64,000 nt of DNA from Candidatus Aminicenantes bacterium (GTDB taxonomy: Bacteria; Acidobacteriota; Aminicenantia; UBA2199). Shown here piece by piece: positions 18,386-26,383 of this stretch (positions within the stretch are counted from its first letter, which is position 1; each line of letters starts with the position of its first letter). The translations under genes were made by a program, and so were the position numbers. The DNA lies in contig JADFDP010000003.1 in assembly GCA_018262835.1 (NCBI GenBank), forward strand, positions 4,157-68,156, read 5' to 3'. Under the pieces are notes generated by a model. It was given only the letters and a program-made list of their open reading frames with translations. It ran no database searches and was not told the DNA's origin.

Positions 18386-19780
18386 ATGATCCAAAAAAAA
18401 TGTTTGTGCCTCACGGCTTTGTTCTCATTGTTGCTGGCGAGCAGCCAGGCGCTTCAGGCCAGGGCCTGGCAGGTACGGCCGGCCATGAGCCTGGCCGAGA
18501 TCCAGGATGTGTTCGACCGCGCCGGCGACGGCGACAAGGTCATGTTCCACAAGGGGGTCTACGATTTCAGCGCCGGGCCGTTTTTGGATGTTTATGAAAG
18601 CGTCGGAGCGATCATTATTCGTGATAAAACGCTGACCGTGAGGGGAGTCGGAGATGTGCTGATCAAGGGCAAAGACAGCGACCTGGACGGCAGCGGGCAG
18701 GCCATCCGCGGCCTTACCGCCTTCCAGGTCCTCAACCCCGACCAGACCAGGGATGTGACCTTCGAAAATCTGGGATTCGAGACTTTTATGATGGCAATTG
18801 GTATTTCTCGGAATGTCACGCCGGCAGTGTCGTATCCAAGTTCGCGCCACGTGACCGTCCGCGATTGTGGTTTCAGCGACATTCAGCGCAATGGCATTTG
18901 CGTTAACAATCCGGCCGGCAATGTGACCATAAAAAACAACCGGATTTCTGCCGTACGTTTCGGCATGTATATTACCTGGAACGCCATCGAAGGCCAGCAG
19001 AACTGGCAGAACGACGGCATGCAGGTCGACATCAGCGACAACACCATCGATGCCGGCCGCGGCGGGATGGTCGTCGTCAATGGGAATCAGGTGCGCATCG
19101 TGAACAATGCCATTGTCGGCACCACCACCTATAAATGGTACGGCATCGTCGTCGAGGCCATAAAGACCGGAGCCCAGATCAGCAGCAATCGGATCGACAA
19201 CGTCAAGTGGGGAATCGACCTGTGCGCGGCCTGGGTCAACAATCCGCCCTTTCCGAGTTATAGCGAGGAATTCCGGAACACCAAAGTAGAGAACAACACA
19301 TTGACCAACATTTCTATTACGGGCATGTGGCTGGAGAGCGGTTTTGTCAATGACTGCCTGATTTCCAACAATCTGATTTCCCTCACGCCCTGGGGCAACT
19401 ACGGCATCTCCAGTGACGGCCATGACAACCGCTTCACAGATAATGTCATTAGCGGTGCCGGCCTAAACGCGGTGCTGCTGACCACTTGTGATTACAGTGG
19501 AGCCGGCGGCCCCTTTTGCGCCGCCCACGAAGAATACTTCGCCGAAAACAGCGTGTCCGGATTCGCTCCCGGGGACGCCCACTATGTCCTGGATTTCAAC
19601 ACCCACGACAACCATGTGCACGGCATCTGCCCGGAGAACGCCACGGTGATCGACAATGGCAGCAGCAATGAAGTCACCTGTCTGTTTGCCCCCGGTGGCG
19701 TTTCTTTGGCCAGTTTCAGGCTGGCGCGGATTTCCGGTCCGGAAAAAGAATCCGGGCCGAATCGCGATTTGCGCCTGTAG
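18386..19780 (+). CDS. Secreted right-handed parallel beta-helix repeat protein
   Basis: Start at MIQKKCLCLTALFSLLLASSQALQA after AGGAGGGA. Repeated I/V-x-N-N segments (VTIKNNRIS, ISDNTID, VRIVNNAIV, ISSNRID, VENNTLT, ISNNLIS). Confidence 0.75.
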   Translation: MIQKKCLCLTALFSLLLASSQALQARAWQVRPAMSLAEIQDVFDRAGDGDKVMFHKGVYDFSAGPFLDVYESVGAIIIRDKTLTVRGVGDVLIKGKDSDLDGSGQAIRGLTAFQVLNPDQTRDVTFENLGFETFMMAIGISRNVTPAVSYPSSRHVTVRDCGFSDIQRNGICVNNPAGNVTIKNNRISAVRFGMYITWNAIEGQQNWQNDGMQVDISDNTIDAGRGGMVVVNGNQVRIVNNAIVGTTTYKWYGIVVEAIKTGAQISSNRIDNVKWGIDLCAAWVNNPPFPSYSEEFRNTKVENNTLTNISITGMWLESGFVNDCLISNNLISLTPWGNYGISSDGHDNRFTDNVISGAGLNAVLLTTCDYSGAGGPFCAAHEEYFAENSVSGFAPGDAHYVLDFNTHDNHVHGICPENATVIDNGSSNEVTCLFAPGGVSLASFRLARISGPEKESGPNRDLRL

Positions 19781-19856
19781 AAAGGACGAGATTTTTACTC
19801 GGGCCGGGCCGGGGCTTTGGCTTGGAGAAGCGACAGCACGGATTTTTCTGCTGGAA

Positions 19857-20312
19857 CTATTTTGTCGTTTTGATCTCCAGCAGGTCGCGGATGATGTAGA
19901 CGTCGTAGTCGCCCAGGCGCTTGAAGCCTGCTTTTTCATAGAAATTGATCGCCCGGGCATTGTCCCGGTGCACCTCGAGCTTAATCTGCAGGCCGATCTC
20001 CGTGGCGATCTTCAGCGATTCGCGCAGCAGCGGCTTGGACAGCCCCGCCCCCTGGAATTTCGGGTCGATGGCGAAGTGGTGCAGGTAGAGGCGCCGGCCG
20101 TCGTTGGTCAGCCAGGAAGTGCCGACCACGGTGTCGGTTTTCTTGTCGATCAGCACCAGCAGGCGTCCTTTGCGACGCAGCGTGTTTTCGATCACCTCGG
20201 CCGAGTCGCCCCGCCCCGGGGTGCTGATGCCGGTCCGCTCCCAGATATCGGCCACGTGAGGATAATCCGCCGCCCAGTAGTCCCGGACAAAGAATGCCTG
20301 TTCGTCGTCCAT
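19857..20312 (-). CDS. GNAT family N-acetyltransferase
   Basis: 151 aa. Acetyl-CoA motif HHFAIDPKFQGAGLSKPLL. Confidence 0.85.
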   Translation of the reverse strand: MDDEQAFFVRDYWAADYPHVADIWERTGISTPGRGDSAEVIENTLRRKGRLLVLIDKKTDTVVGTSWLTNDGRRLYLHHFAIDPKFQGAGLSKPLLRESLKIATEIGLQIKLEVHRDNARAINFYEKAGFKRLGDYDVYIIRDLLEIKTTK

Positions 20313-20432
20313 GGTTATATTTTAACAGAATTTCAATATTAAATTCAATTTATTAAAGAAAGCAGCTTGCCCGCTGCTCTGGAGTTGATTCTTTTATTTT
20401 TGTATAATCGATTGATTGAAAGAGGAGCGTTC

Positions 20433-22568
20433 ATGAATAAAAAAATATTCCGTTCCGCTTGGCTGCTTGCCGCCTGCCTGGCTTGCTTTTTGCCGCCCTT
20501 GGGCTGGAGCGCGGAGGAAGTCCTGCCGCAGCCGCCCTTGGCCAAAAAAATCGCCAGGGAGATGGCCCGGCATGGCCACACCCGCGTCGACGAATACTAC
20601 TGGCTGAACCAGAGGGAAAATCCCGAGGTCATCGCCTACCTGCAGGCCGAAAACGCCTACACCGACGCCGTAATGAAACCGGCGGCAGGGCTGCAGGAAA
20701 CCCTGTATAAGGAAATGGCCGGCCGCGTGCCGCAGACCGACATGTCGGTGCCGTATTTCGAGAACGGCTATTGGTATTACACCCGCTACGAGAAAGGAAA
20801 GGATTACCCGCTCTATTGCCGCAAGAAAAGGTCCCTGAAAGGAGCAGAACAGGTCATGTTGGACGGCAACCGCATGGCGGCCGGGGAGAAATATTTCGAT
20901 ATCGGCTTTTTTGCCGTCAGCCCGGACAACGCCACCCTGGCTTACAGCATGGACAATGTTTCGCGCCGCCAGTACCGCATCCGTTTCCGCAGCCTGAAGA
21001 CCGGCAGGGAATACCCCGAAGAAATCAAGATGACCTCGGGCGACATGGCCTGGGCCAATGACAGCCGCACGGTTTTCTATCCGGGCATCGACCCCGCCAG
21101 CCTGCGCCCCTTCAAAGTGAACCGCCATGTGCTGGGGACGCCCGCCGGCCGCGACGCCACGGTGTACGTGGAAAAGGATGAAACTTTCGTTGTTGACATC
21201 GGCAAGAGCCGCTCGCGCCGGTATCTGATCCTGGCATCCACCAGCACCATGAGCGGCGAGTGCCACTATCTCGACGCCGACCGGCCCGATGGGGAATTCA
21301 AGATCTTCCAGGAGCGGGTGCGCGGCCTGGAATACGAGATCGATCACTTCAACGGCCGTTTCTATGTGTTGACCAACGACGGGGCCGTCAACTTCAAGCT
21401 CATGGAAGCCGCGGCCGATACAACCGGCAGGGAATCCTGGACCGAGCTGATCCCGCACCGTCCCGACGTGCTGCTGCAGAATTTCGGCCTTTTCAATAAC
21501 TACCTGGTGTTGGGCGAACGCCGCTCTGGGCTGACCCAGATCCGCGTCATCCCCTGGGGAGAAAAAGAGGGCTATGGCCTCGATTTTCCCGAACCCTCCT
21601 ATCAGGCGTACCTGCAAGTCGCTTCCGATCCCGACAGCGATCTGCTGCGCTATTCCTACACTTCGCTCACCACCCCGCTCACGATCTACGAATTCAACAT
21701 GAAGACCCGCGCGCGCAAATTGCTCAAGCGCCAGGAAGTGGCCGGCGGCTACGATCCCGAGCAGTACCGCAGCGAAAGGCTTCTGGCCCCGGCCTACGAC
21801 GGCACCCAGGTTCCGATCTCCCTGGTCTATCGCAAGGATACGGTCAGAAGCCCCCAAACGCCTCTGCTCTTGTACGGATACGGGTCCTACGGCTATTCCA
21901 CCGATCCCGCCTTCAAGGCGGTCCACCTTAGCCTGCTTGACCGCGGCTTCGTCTATGCCATCGCCCATGTGCGCGGCGGGCAGGAGATGGGGCGCTACTG
22001 GTACGACGACGGCAAGCTGTTCAAGAAAATGAACACCTTCACCGATTTCCTTTCCTGCGCCGAGTACCTGGTGCGCCACGGTTACACGTCGCCGGCAAGG
22101 CTTTTCGCCATGGGCGGCAGCGCCGGCGGCCTGCTGGCGGGGGCCGTGGCCAACCTGCGGCCCGACCTGTTCCAGGGGATCGTCGCTGCCGTGCCCTTCG
22201 TCGACGTGGTCACCACCATGCTCGATCCGTCCATCCCGCTGACCACGGGCGAGTACGACGAGTGGGGCGATCCCAACCGCGCCGACTGCTACGAATACAT
22301 GCTCTCCTATTCCCCGTACGACAACGTGCGGCCCAAGGCCTACCCGGCCATGCTGGTGACCACCGGCCTGCATGACTCGCAGGTGCAGTATTTCGAGCCG
22401 GCCAAGTGGGTGGCCAGGCTGCGGGAGTTAAAGACCGACAGCCATATCCTGTTGCTGCGCACCAACATGGAGGCCGGCCACGGCGGGTCATCGGGCCGCT
22501 TCCGCCGCCTCGAGGAGACCGCTTTTCAATTCGCTTTCATTCTCAAGCTGGCCGGCATCGACCGCTGA
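20433..22568 (+). CDS. S9A prolyl oligopeptidase family peptidase (oligopeptidase B-like), secreted
   Basis: Start at MNKKIFRSAWLLAACLACF (signal peptide). Beta-propeller N-terminal half, nucleophile elbow GGSAGGLL, C-terminal D/H region. Confidence 0.85.
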   Translation: MNKKIFRSAWLLAACLACFLPPLGWSAEEVLPQPPLAKKIAREMARHGHTRVDEYYWLNQRENPEVIAYLQAENAYTDAVMKPAAGLQETLYKEMAGRVPQTDMSVPYFENGYWYYTRYEKGKDYPLYCRKKRSLKGAEQVMLDGNRMAAGEKYFDIGFFAVSPDNATLAYSMDNVSRRQYRIRFRSLKTGREYPEEIKMTSGDMAWANDSRTVFYPGIDPASLRPFKVNRHVLGTPAGRDATVYVEKDETFVVDIGKSRSRRYLILASTSTMSGECHYLDADRPDGEFKIFQERVRGLEYEIDHFNGRFYVLTNDGAVNFKLMEAAADTTGRESWTELIPHRPDVLLQNFGLFNNYLVLGERRSGLTQIRVIPWGEKEGYGLDFPEPSYQAYLQVASDPDSDLLRYSYTSLTTPLTIYEFNMKTRARKLLKRQEVAGGYDPEQYRSERLLAPAYDGTQVPISLVYRKDTVRSPQTPLLLYGYGSYGYSTDPAFKAVHLSLLDRGFVYAIAHVRGGQEMGRYWYDDGKLFKKMNTFTDFLSCAEYLVRHGYTSPARLFAMGGSAGGLLAGAVANLRPDLFQGIVAAVPFVDVVTTMLDPSIPLTTGEYDEWGDPNRADCYEYMLSYSPYDNVRPKAYPAMLVTTGLHDSQVQYFEPAKWVARLRELKTDSHILLLRTNMEAGHGGSSGRFRRLEETAFQFAFILKLAGIDR

Positions 22569-22606
22569 GGCCCGGGAGGCGGTGAAAATAAACGAGGGGA
22601 GGTCAA

Positions 22607-22999
22607 ATGAAAAAAAAGTTATTTTTGCTTTTTGTTTTGGCGCTGGTCATGGTTTTCTGCGCGCCGGCGCTGCGCGTTCACTATTTCCCGGGAGCCCGTG
22701 ATTATCCGCCCACTTCTCCGGAAGCCGTCGACCTGCTGCGCGCTGAGCCGCGGCGGCCGCACGCGGCGTTCGCCGAGATCCGCTACGAACCTCCCGCTCA
22801 TGCGAGCCGCAGCGAAGTCGAGTGGAGCCTGCGCAACAAGGGCGCTGCCATCGGCGCCGACGCCCTGGTCATCGAAGTGGACAGCGTCTACCGCGACCGC
22901 GTCTGGGTCGGGCAATACCGCCCCGTTCGCGTCCGTCGCGTCCGCCGGGTTGTGACCCAAGACCATGTGATCGTGGCCGTCGCCATCCGCTACCGTTGA
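22607..22999 (+). CDS. Small secreted hypothetical protein
   Basis: 130 aa. Signal peptide MKKKLFLLFVLALVMVFCAPA. The downstream gene starts 1 nt after its stop. Confidence 0.55.
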   Translation: MKKKLFLLFVLALVMVFCAPALRVHYFPGARDYPPTSPEAVDLLRAEPRRPHAAFAEIRYEPPAHASRSEVEWSLRNKGAAIGADALVIEVDSVYRDRVWVGQYRPVRVRRVRRVVTQDHVIVAVAIRYR

Positions 23000-23000
23000 C

Positions 23001-23783
23001 ATGAAGATCATCGATCTTGCGCCCGAGCACGAAGAGATATACTGCCAGTGCCTGGAGGATTGGTCTGACGAGATCCGTGAGGCGGGCAGCCACAAGCGCG
23101 ATTGGCTGGCCGAAGCCAAAGGCCGGGGGCTGCGCGTCAAGCTGGCCCTGAACGAAACGGGCACGGTGGCGGGCATGATCCAGTATCTGCCGATCGAACA
23201 ATCGCCGGCCGACGGCAGAGGCCACTATTTCATCCTCTGCGTCTGGGTGCACGGCCATAAGCAGGGTCGGGGCAATTTCCAGAAAAAAGGCATGGGCACG
23301 GCTTTGCTGCAAGCGGCCGAGGCCGACGCCCGCGGGCTGGGCGCCAGGGGCATGGCCGCCTGGGGGGTGCTGCTGCCGTTCTGGATGCGCGCCTCCTGGT
23401 TCAGAAAGCACGGCTACAAAAAAGCCGACAAGCTGGGCATGATGGCCTTGATGTGGAAGCCGTTTGCCCCCGATGCCCAGGCCCCGGCCTGGATCCGGCC
23501 CCGGAAGAAGCCGCAGGCGGAGGCGGGCAGGGTGGTGGTGACCGGCCTGTTGAACGGCTGGTGCCCGGCCATGAGCATGGTGCACGAGCGGGCCCGGCGC
23601 GCCGCGGCCGAACTCGGCGGGGCAGTGGAGTTCCGCGAGATCCGCACCGCCGACCGCGACGTTTTCCTGGAGTGGGGGATCAGCGACGCCCTGTTCGTCG
23701 ACGGCAAGGAGATCCGCAACGGCCCGCCGCCCAAGTACGAGAAGATCAAAAGGAAAATTGCCAGGCAGGTGAGAAAACTCTGA
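23001..23783 (+). CDS. GNAT acetyltransferase with YoaP-like thioredoxin-fold C-terminal domain
   Basis: 260 aa. GNAT core (CVWVHGHKQGRGNFQKKGMGTALL). The C-terminal part (VVVTGLLNGWCPAMSMV...EFREIRT..DALFVDGKEI) resembles the YoaP-like domain. Confidence 0.65.
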   Translation: MKIIDLAPEHEEIYCQCLEDWSDEIREAGSHKRDWLAEAKGRGLRVKLALNETGTVAGMIQYLPIEQSPADGRGHYFILCVWVHGHKQGRGNFQKKGMGTALLQAAEADARGLGARGMAAWGVLLPFWMRASWFRKHGYKKADKLGMMALMWKPFAPDAQAPAWIRPRKKPQAEAGRVVVTGLLNGWCPAMSMVHERARRAAAELGGAVEFREIRTADRDVFLEWGISDALFVDGKEIRNGPPPKYEKIKRKIARQVRKL

Positions 23784-23862
23784 TTCGCTTATTTTTAGTG
23801 GCCTGAATATTATATTTGTCTTGGCAGGTGTTGGCGTGCCTTCTTTTTTGTCAGCTCCGCAT

Positions 23863-24168
23863 TCAGGAAAGAGTAAAGTCAATGACGACAAAACCAGTGG
23901 TGCCCACGGTTTGGGCGTATATTGGATTGTCCCCGGGCACATGAAGCTGGATGGAGGGGTCGGGGATCAGCTCCACTGAATAATCCACATTGGTTCTGCC
24001 GCTATTGGCTCCGACAAATACAGTCAGTGAATTGGGCCCCAGGGCGAGCGGGATCACCCTTGACGTGGATCCGGAAAAATGCAAATTTTTCACCGAGCCA
24101 TTTTGCACATAGCCGCTGCGATGGCACAAATCGCCCGACACTCTTACCTTGAAGTTCAAATCATTCAT
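23863..24168 (-). CDS. Hypothetical protein (101 aa, beta-rich), co-oriented with upstream AraC-type gene
   Basis: ATG 24168 preceded by GAAGG. No recognisable family. Lower GC than its surroundings. Confidence 0.5.
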   Translation of the reverse strand: MNDLNFKVRVSGDLCHRSGYVQNGSVKNLHFSGSTSRVIPLALGPNSLTVFVGANSGRTNVDYSVELIPDPSIQLHVPGDNPIYAQTVGTTGFVVIDFTLS

Positions 24169-24213
24169 CTTTTGCCTTCTTCCCATTGTCAAGTTGGCGG
24201 GAACGGACCGGTG

Positions 24214-24564
24214 CTATTCCGCGAATTCGGCAAACAGCTTGCGGTAGCGGCCCGGGGATTCGCCCCACTGCTCCTTGAATCGGGCGATGAAATACTGGTA
24301 GTCGGCGTAGCCCAGGCGCCCGGCAAGTTCCTTGATGGTTACGTCGCGGTCGGCGGCCAGGAGGCGTTCGGCGCGCAGCAGCTTCTGGCGCTTGATGAAG
24401 GTGGTCAGGGTCATGCCGCGCTCGCTGTGGAACGCGCGCGACAGGTGACAGCGGCTGACAGCGAAATGCTTGGCGAGCATCTTGATGGTCAGGCCGGCCA
24501 GACGCTCCTCGGGCAGCTGCACCACGTAACGGAAGACATCGCTGATAATGTTCTTGTTTGCCAT
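24214..24564 (-). CDS. Single-domain AraC/XylS-type HTH transcription regulator
   Basis: 116 aa from MANKNII (GGAGAGG upstream). Two HTH units: IKMLAKHFAVSRCHLSRAF and IKELAGRLGYADYQYFIARFKEQWGESPGRYR. Confidence 0.8.
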   Translation of the reverse strand: MANKNIISDVFRYVVQLPEERLAGLTIKMLAKHFAVSRCHLSRAFHSERGMTLTTFIKRQKLLRAERLLAADRDVTIKELAGRLGYADYQYFIARFKEQWGESPGRYRKLFAEFAE

Positions 24565-24596
24565 GGCCTCTCCTGGTTTTCCATTTCTAAAAGAAA

Positions 24597-24612
24597 AGCA
24601 AAACGCATGCCA
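24597..24612 (-). promoter_or_regulatory. Sigma-54 (-24/-12) promoter
   Basis: Minus strand reads TGGCATGCGTTTTGCT against consensus TGGCACG-N4-TTGCW, with GG-N10-GC spacing exact. The -12 GC lies 34 nt upstream of the AraC-type ATG. Confidence 0.6.
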
Positions 24613-24699
24613 AAGGGGTGAGTTGACGGGAAATGAAGGCCGGCATTGGGTTTCGGTTGAAAACGGACATTTGCACTTCAGAGTGATTTGGCCGCTGCT

Positions 24700-24870
24700 G
24701 TCCCATTTCGGGACACCGCGGCCGGCAAAGCCGCCTGGGAGCTTCGCGACCGGGGTTTTTCCCGGATGCCGTCCGCGTCCCATTCTGGAACACCTGGTTC
24801 GCGGGCGGTTCAGGAAACTAGCATTGGCTGGGTTTTGCCGTCCTTGGCGTGTTGTCCCATTTTGGAACGC
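24700..24870. promoter_or_regulatory. Three GTCCC-N5-GGRAC dyads spaced exactly 77 bp apart (candidate enhancer sites or RNA hairpins)
   Basis: GTCCCATTTCGGGACAC (24700-16), GTCCCATTCTGGAACAC (24777-93), GTCCCATTTTGGAACGC (24854-70). They lie about 98-260 bp upstream of the sigma-54 -24 element. Confidence 0.5.
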
Positions 24871-24880
24871 TGGGGAAAAA

Positions 24881-24970
24881 AGTTCGCGTGTCGCTGCGCG
24901 GCGTTAAAAAAATTCTTTTTATCGTTTTGCACGAAAATCGAATCCCGAACCGCGAAAATCGGCGTAATTC
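24881..24970. repeat. Heptad-periodic element K (partial)
   Basis: AGTTCGC GTGTCGC..., then ATTCTTTTTAT, then an arm in which CGAA recurs at 24932, 24939, 24946 and 24953 (ACGAAAA TCGAATC CCGAACC GCGAAAA), then TAATTCC. Confidence 0.5.
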
Positions 24971-24977
24971 CCCCGGG

Positions 24978-25559
24978 TCAGTTTTTCGCATCCAAACGGC
25001 GGATGGAAATGATCTTCACCGGTGTTTTCAGGTACTGGCCATCCGCTTCCATGTCTTGGATCTTTTGGACCACGTCCATGCCCGAGACCACGAGGCCGAA
25101 GGCGGCGAAGCCCTGGCCATCGGAGTTGCGCCGGCCGCCGCAGTCGAGTTCGGGCTGGTCGCCGATGCAGATGAAAAAACTGCTCGTGGCCGTGCCCGGT
25201 TCGACCCGGGCCATGGAGACCGTGCCGTTCAGATGGCGCAAGCCGGTCATTTTCGTGGTTTCGTGGGTGATGGCGGGAAAGCATTTCTCCTCGGCCACGT
25301 CGCCGCCCTGGATGACTTCGACCCTGAATTCGCTGTCGGGCTGGTTGCCCGGCGTCAGCACGCGGAAAAAAGTGCTGCCGTCAAACAAACCGGCGTCGAC
25401 ATAGCGCAGGAAATTCGCTGCCGTGACTGGAGCCCGGTCCGGATCAACCTCGATCCGGATGTCTCCGGCCGCGGTTTCGATCCGGCAGAGGGCTTTTTCA
25501 CCGGCGGCCAGGGGACCGCCAAGCAACATGACCAGCGCGAACGGTATGATTTTTTTCAT
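24978..25559 (-). CDS. Cyclophilin-type peptidyl-prolyl cis-trans isomerase, secreted
   Basis: 193 aa with a signal peptide. Contains APVTAANFLRYV, FFRV and GTVSMAR...SSFFICIGDQPELD motifs. Confidence 0.9.
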   Translation of the reverse strand: MKKIIPFALVMLLGGPLAAGEKALCRIETAAGDIRIEVDPDRAPVTAANFLRYVDAGLFDGSTFFRVLTPGNQPDSEFRVEVIQGGDVAEEKCFPAITHETTKMTGLRHLNGTVSMARVEPGTATSSFFICIGDQPELDCGGRRNSDGQGFAAFGLVVSGMDVVQKIQDMEADGQYLKTPVKIISIRRLDAKN

Positions 25560-25672
25560 GCGGTGCGTTCCTCCCGATTTACATTTTAATAATAAATGAA
25601 TCGCGGCGACAAATCAACGTTTTGGCATTCATGATGTTTTTTTGTATAATGGCGGCGTTTTTGCAGGTGCTT

Positions 25673-26272
25673 ATGAAAAAAAAACTGGTCTTGGTCAACT
25701 GCTTCCGAGAAAACGCGCAAGATAAAATCAAGGGGTATCACGCCTGGCTGAAAGCCGGGGCGGCCGGCGCCGGAATCGAGCTGGCGATCCTGGATGCCCG
25801 TGACCGGGAGGCGCTGCCCCTGGCCGGGGAGTCCTCGGCGGTGGTCGTTTCCGGATCACAGAAAATGGTCGGCGACAACGACGCAGAGGCCGGGCTGCTT
25901 GATTTTTTGAAAAAATACCGCCGGCCGCTGCTGGGCATCTGCTACGGCCACCAGGTCCTGGCCCGCGCTTTCGGCTGCCGGGTGAAGAAAGACGGGCAGA
26001 AACACCTGGGCGATGAAGAGATCATGTTAAAAAAAGCGGATGCACTTTTCGCCGCTTTCCCCGCGGTTTTCAGGATGCGCGAGAGCCACGAGGAGATCGT
26101 GGCACGCGACGGCGCCCTTGACAAGAATTTCCTGGTACTGGCGGAAAATTCAACCGGCCTGGTGGAAGCCATTGTCCATCGCGAGCACCCTTTTTATGGA
26201 GTGCAGTTCCATCCTGAGAAATCGGGAGAGTTCGGGATCAGGCTGCTGGTCAACTTCCTAAGATTGATCTGA
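25673..26272 (+). CDS. Class I glutamine amidotransferase-like protein
   Basis: Start at MKKKLVLVNCF. Nucleophile elbow GICYGHQVL and GVQFHPE motif. Confidence 0.8.
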   Translation: MKKKLVLVNCFRENAQDKIKGYHAWLKAGAAGAGIELAILDARDREALPLAGESSAVVVSGSQKMVGDNDAEAGLLDFLKKYRRPLLGICYGHQVLARAFGCRVKKDGQKHLGDEEIMLKKADALFAAFPAVFRMRESHEEIVARDGALDKNFLVLAENSTGLVEAIVHREHPFYGVQFHPEKSGEFGIRLLVNFLRLI

Positions 26273-26276
26273 TTCT

Positions 26277-26383
26277 CCGTGTACGGCAGACGGATGACGG
26301 CTTACGGCAGGAAAGGCAATACCACGAATCACTTAGCGCTCTCGTCTTTTTCTTCCCTTCAGCCGTGAGCCGCCGCATGCCAA
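26277..26383. repeat. Heptad-periodic hairpin element E between convergent genes
   Basis: Left arm CCGTGTA CGGCAGA CGGATGA CGGCTTA CGGCAGG. CTTTTTCTTCCC tract. Right arm TCAGCCG TGAGCCG ... Confidence 0.6.

Noticed and set aside
24700-24870. Mini CRISPR-like array (regular repeat-spacer spacing)
   Set aside because: There are only three copies, the conserved core is about 17 nt, and the spacers show residual similarity to each other, so these are diverged tandem units. No cas genes or leader are present. A sigma-54 promoter lies directly downstream, which makes enhancer sites the simpler explanation.
24548-25404. ORFs 24548-24907 (+), 24587-24793 (-) and 24688-25404 (+) in the AraC-PPIase gap
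   Set aside because: They have no RBS, their repeat-derived peptide segments (SHFGTP/PILEHL/VPFWNA) come from the dyads, and the longest overlaps the cyclophilin gene in antisense.
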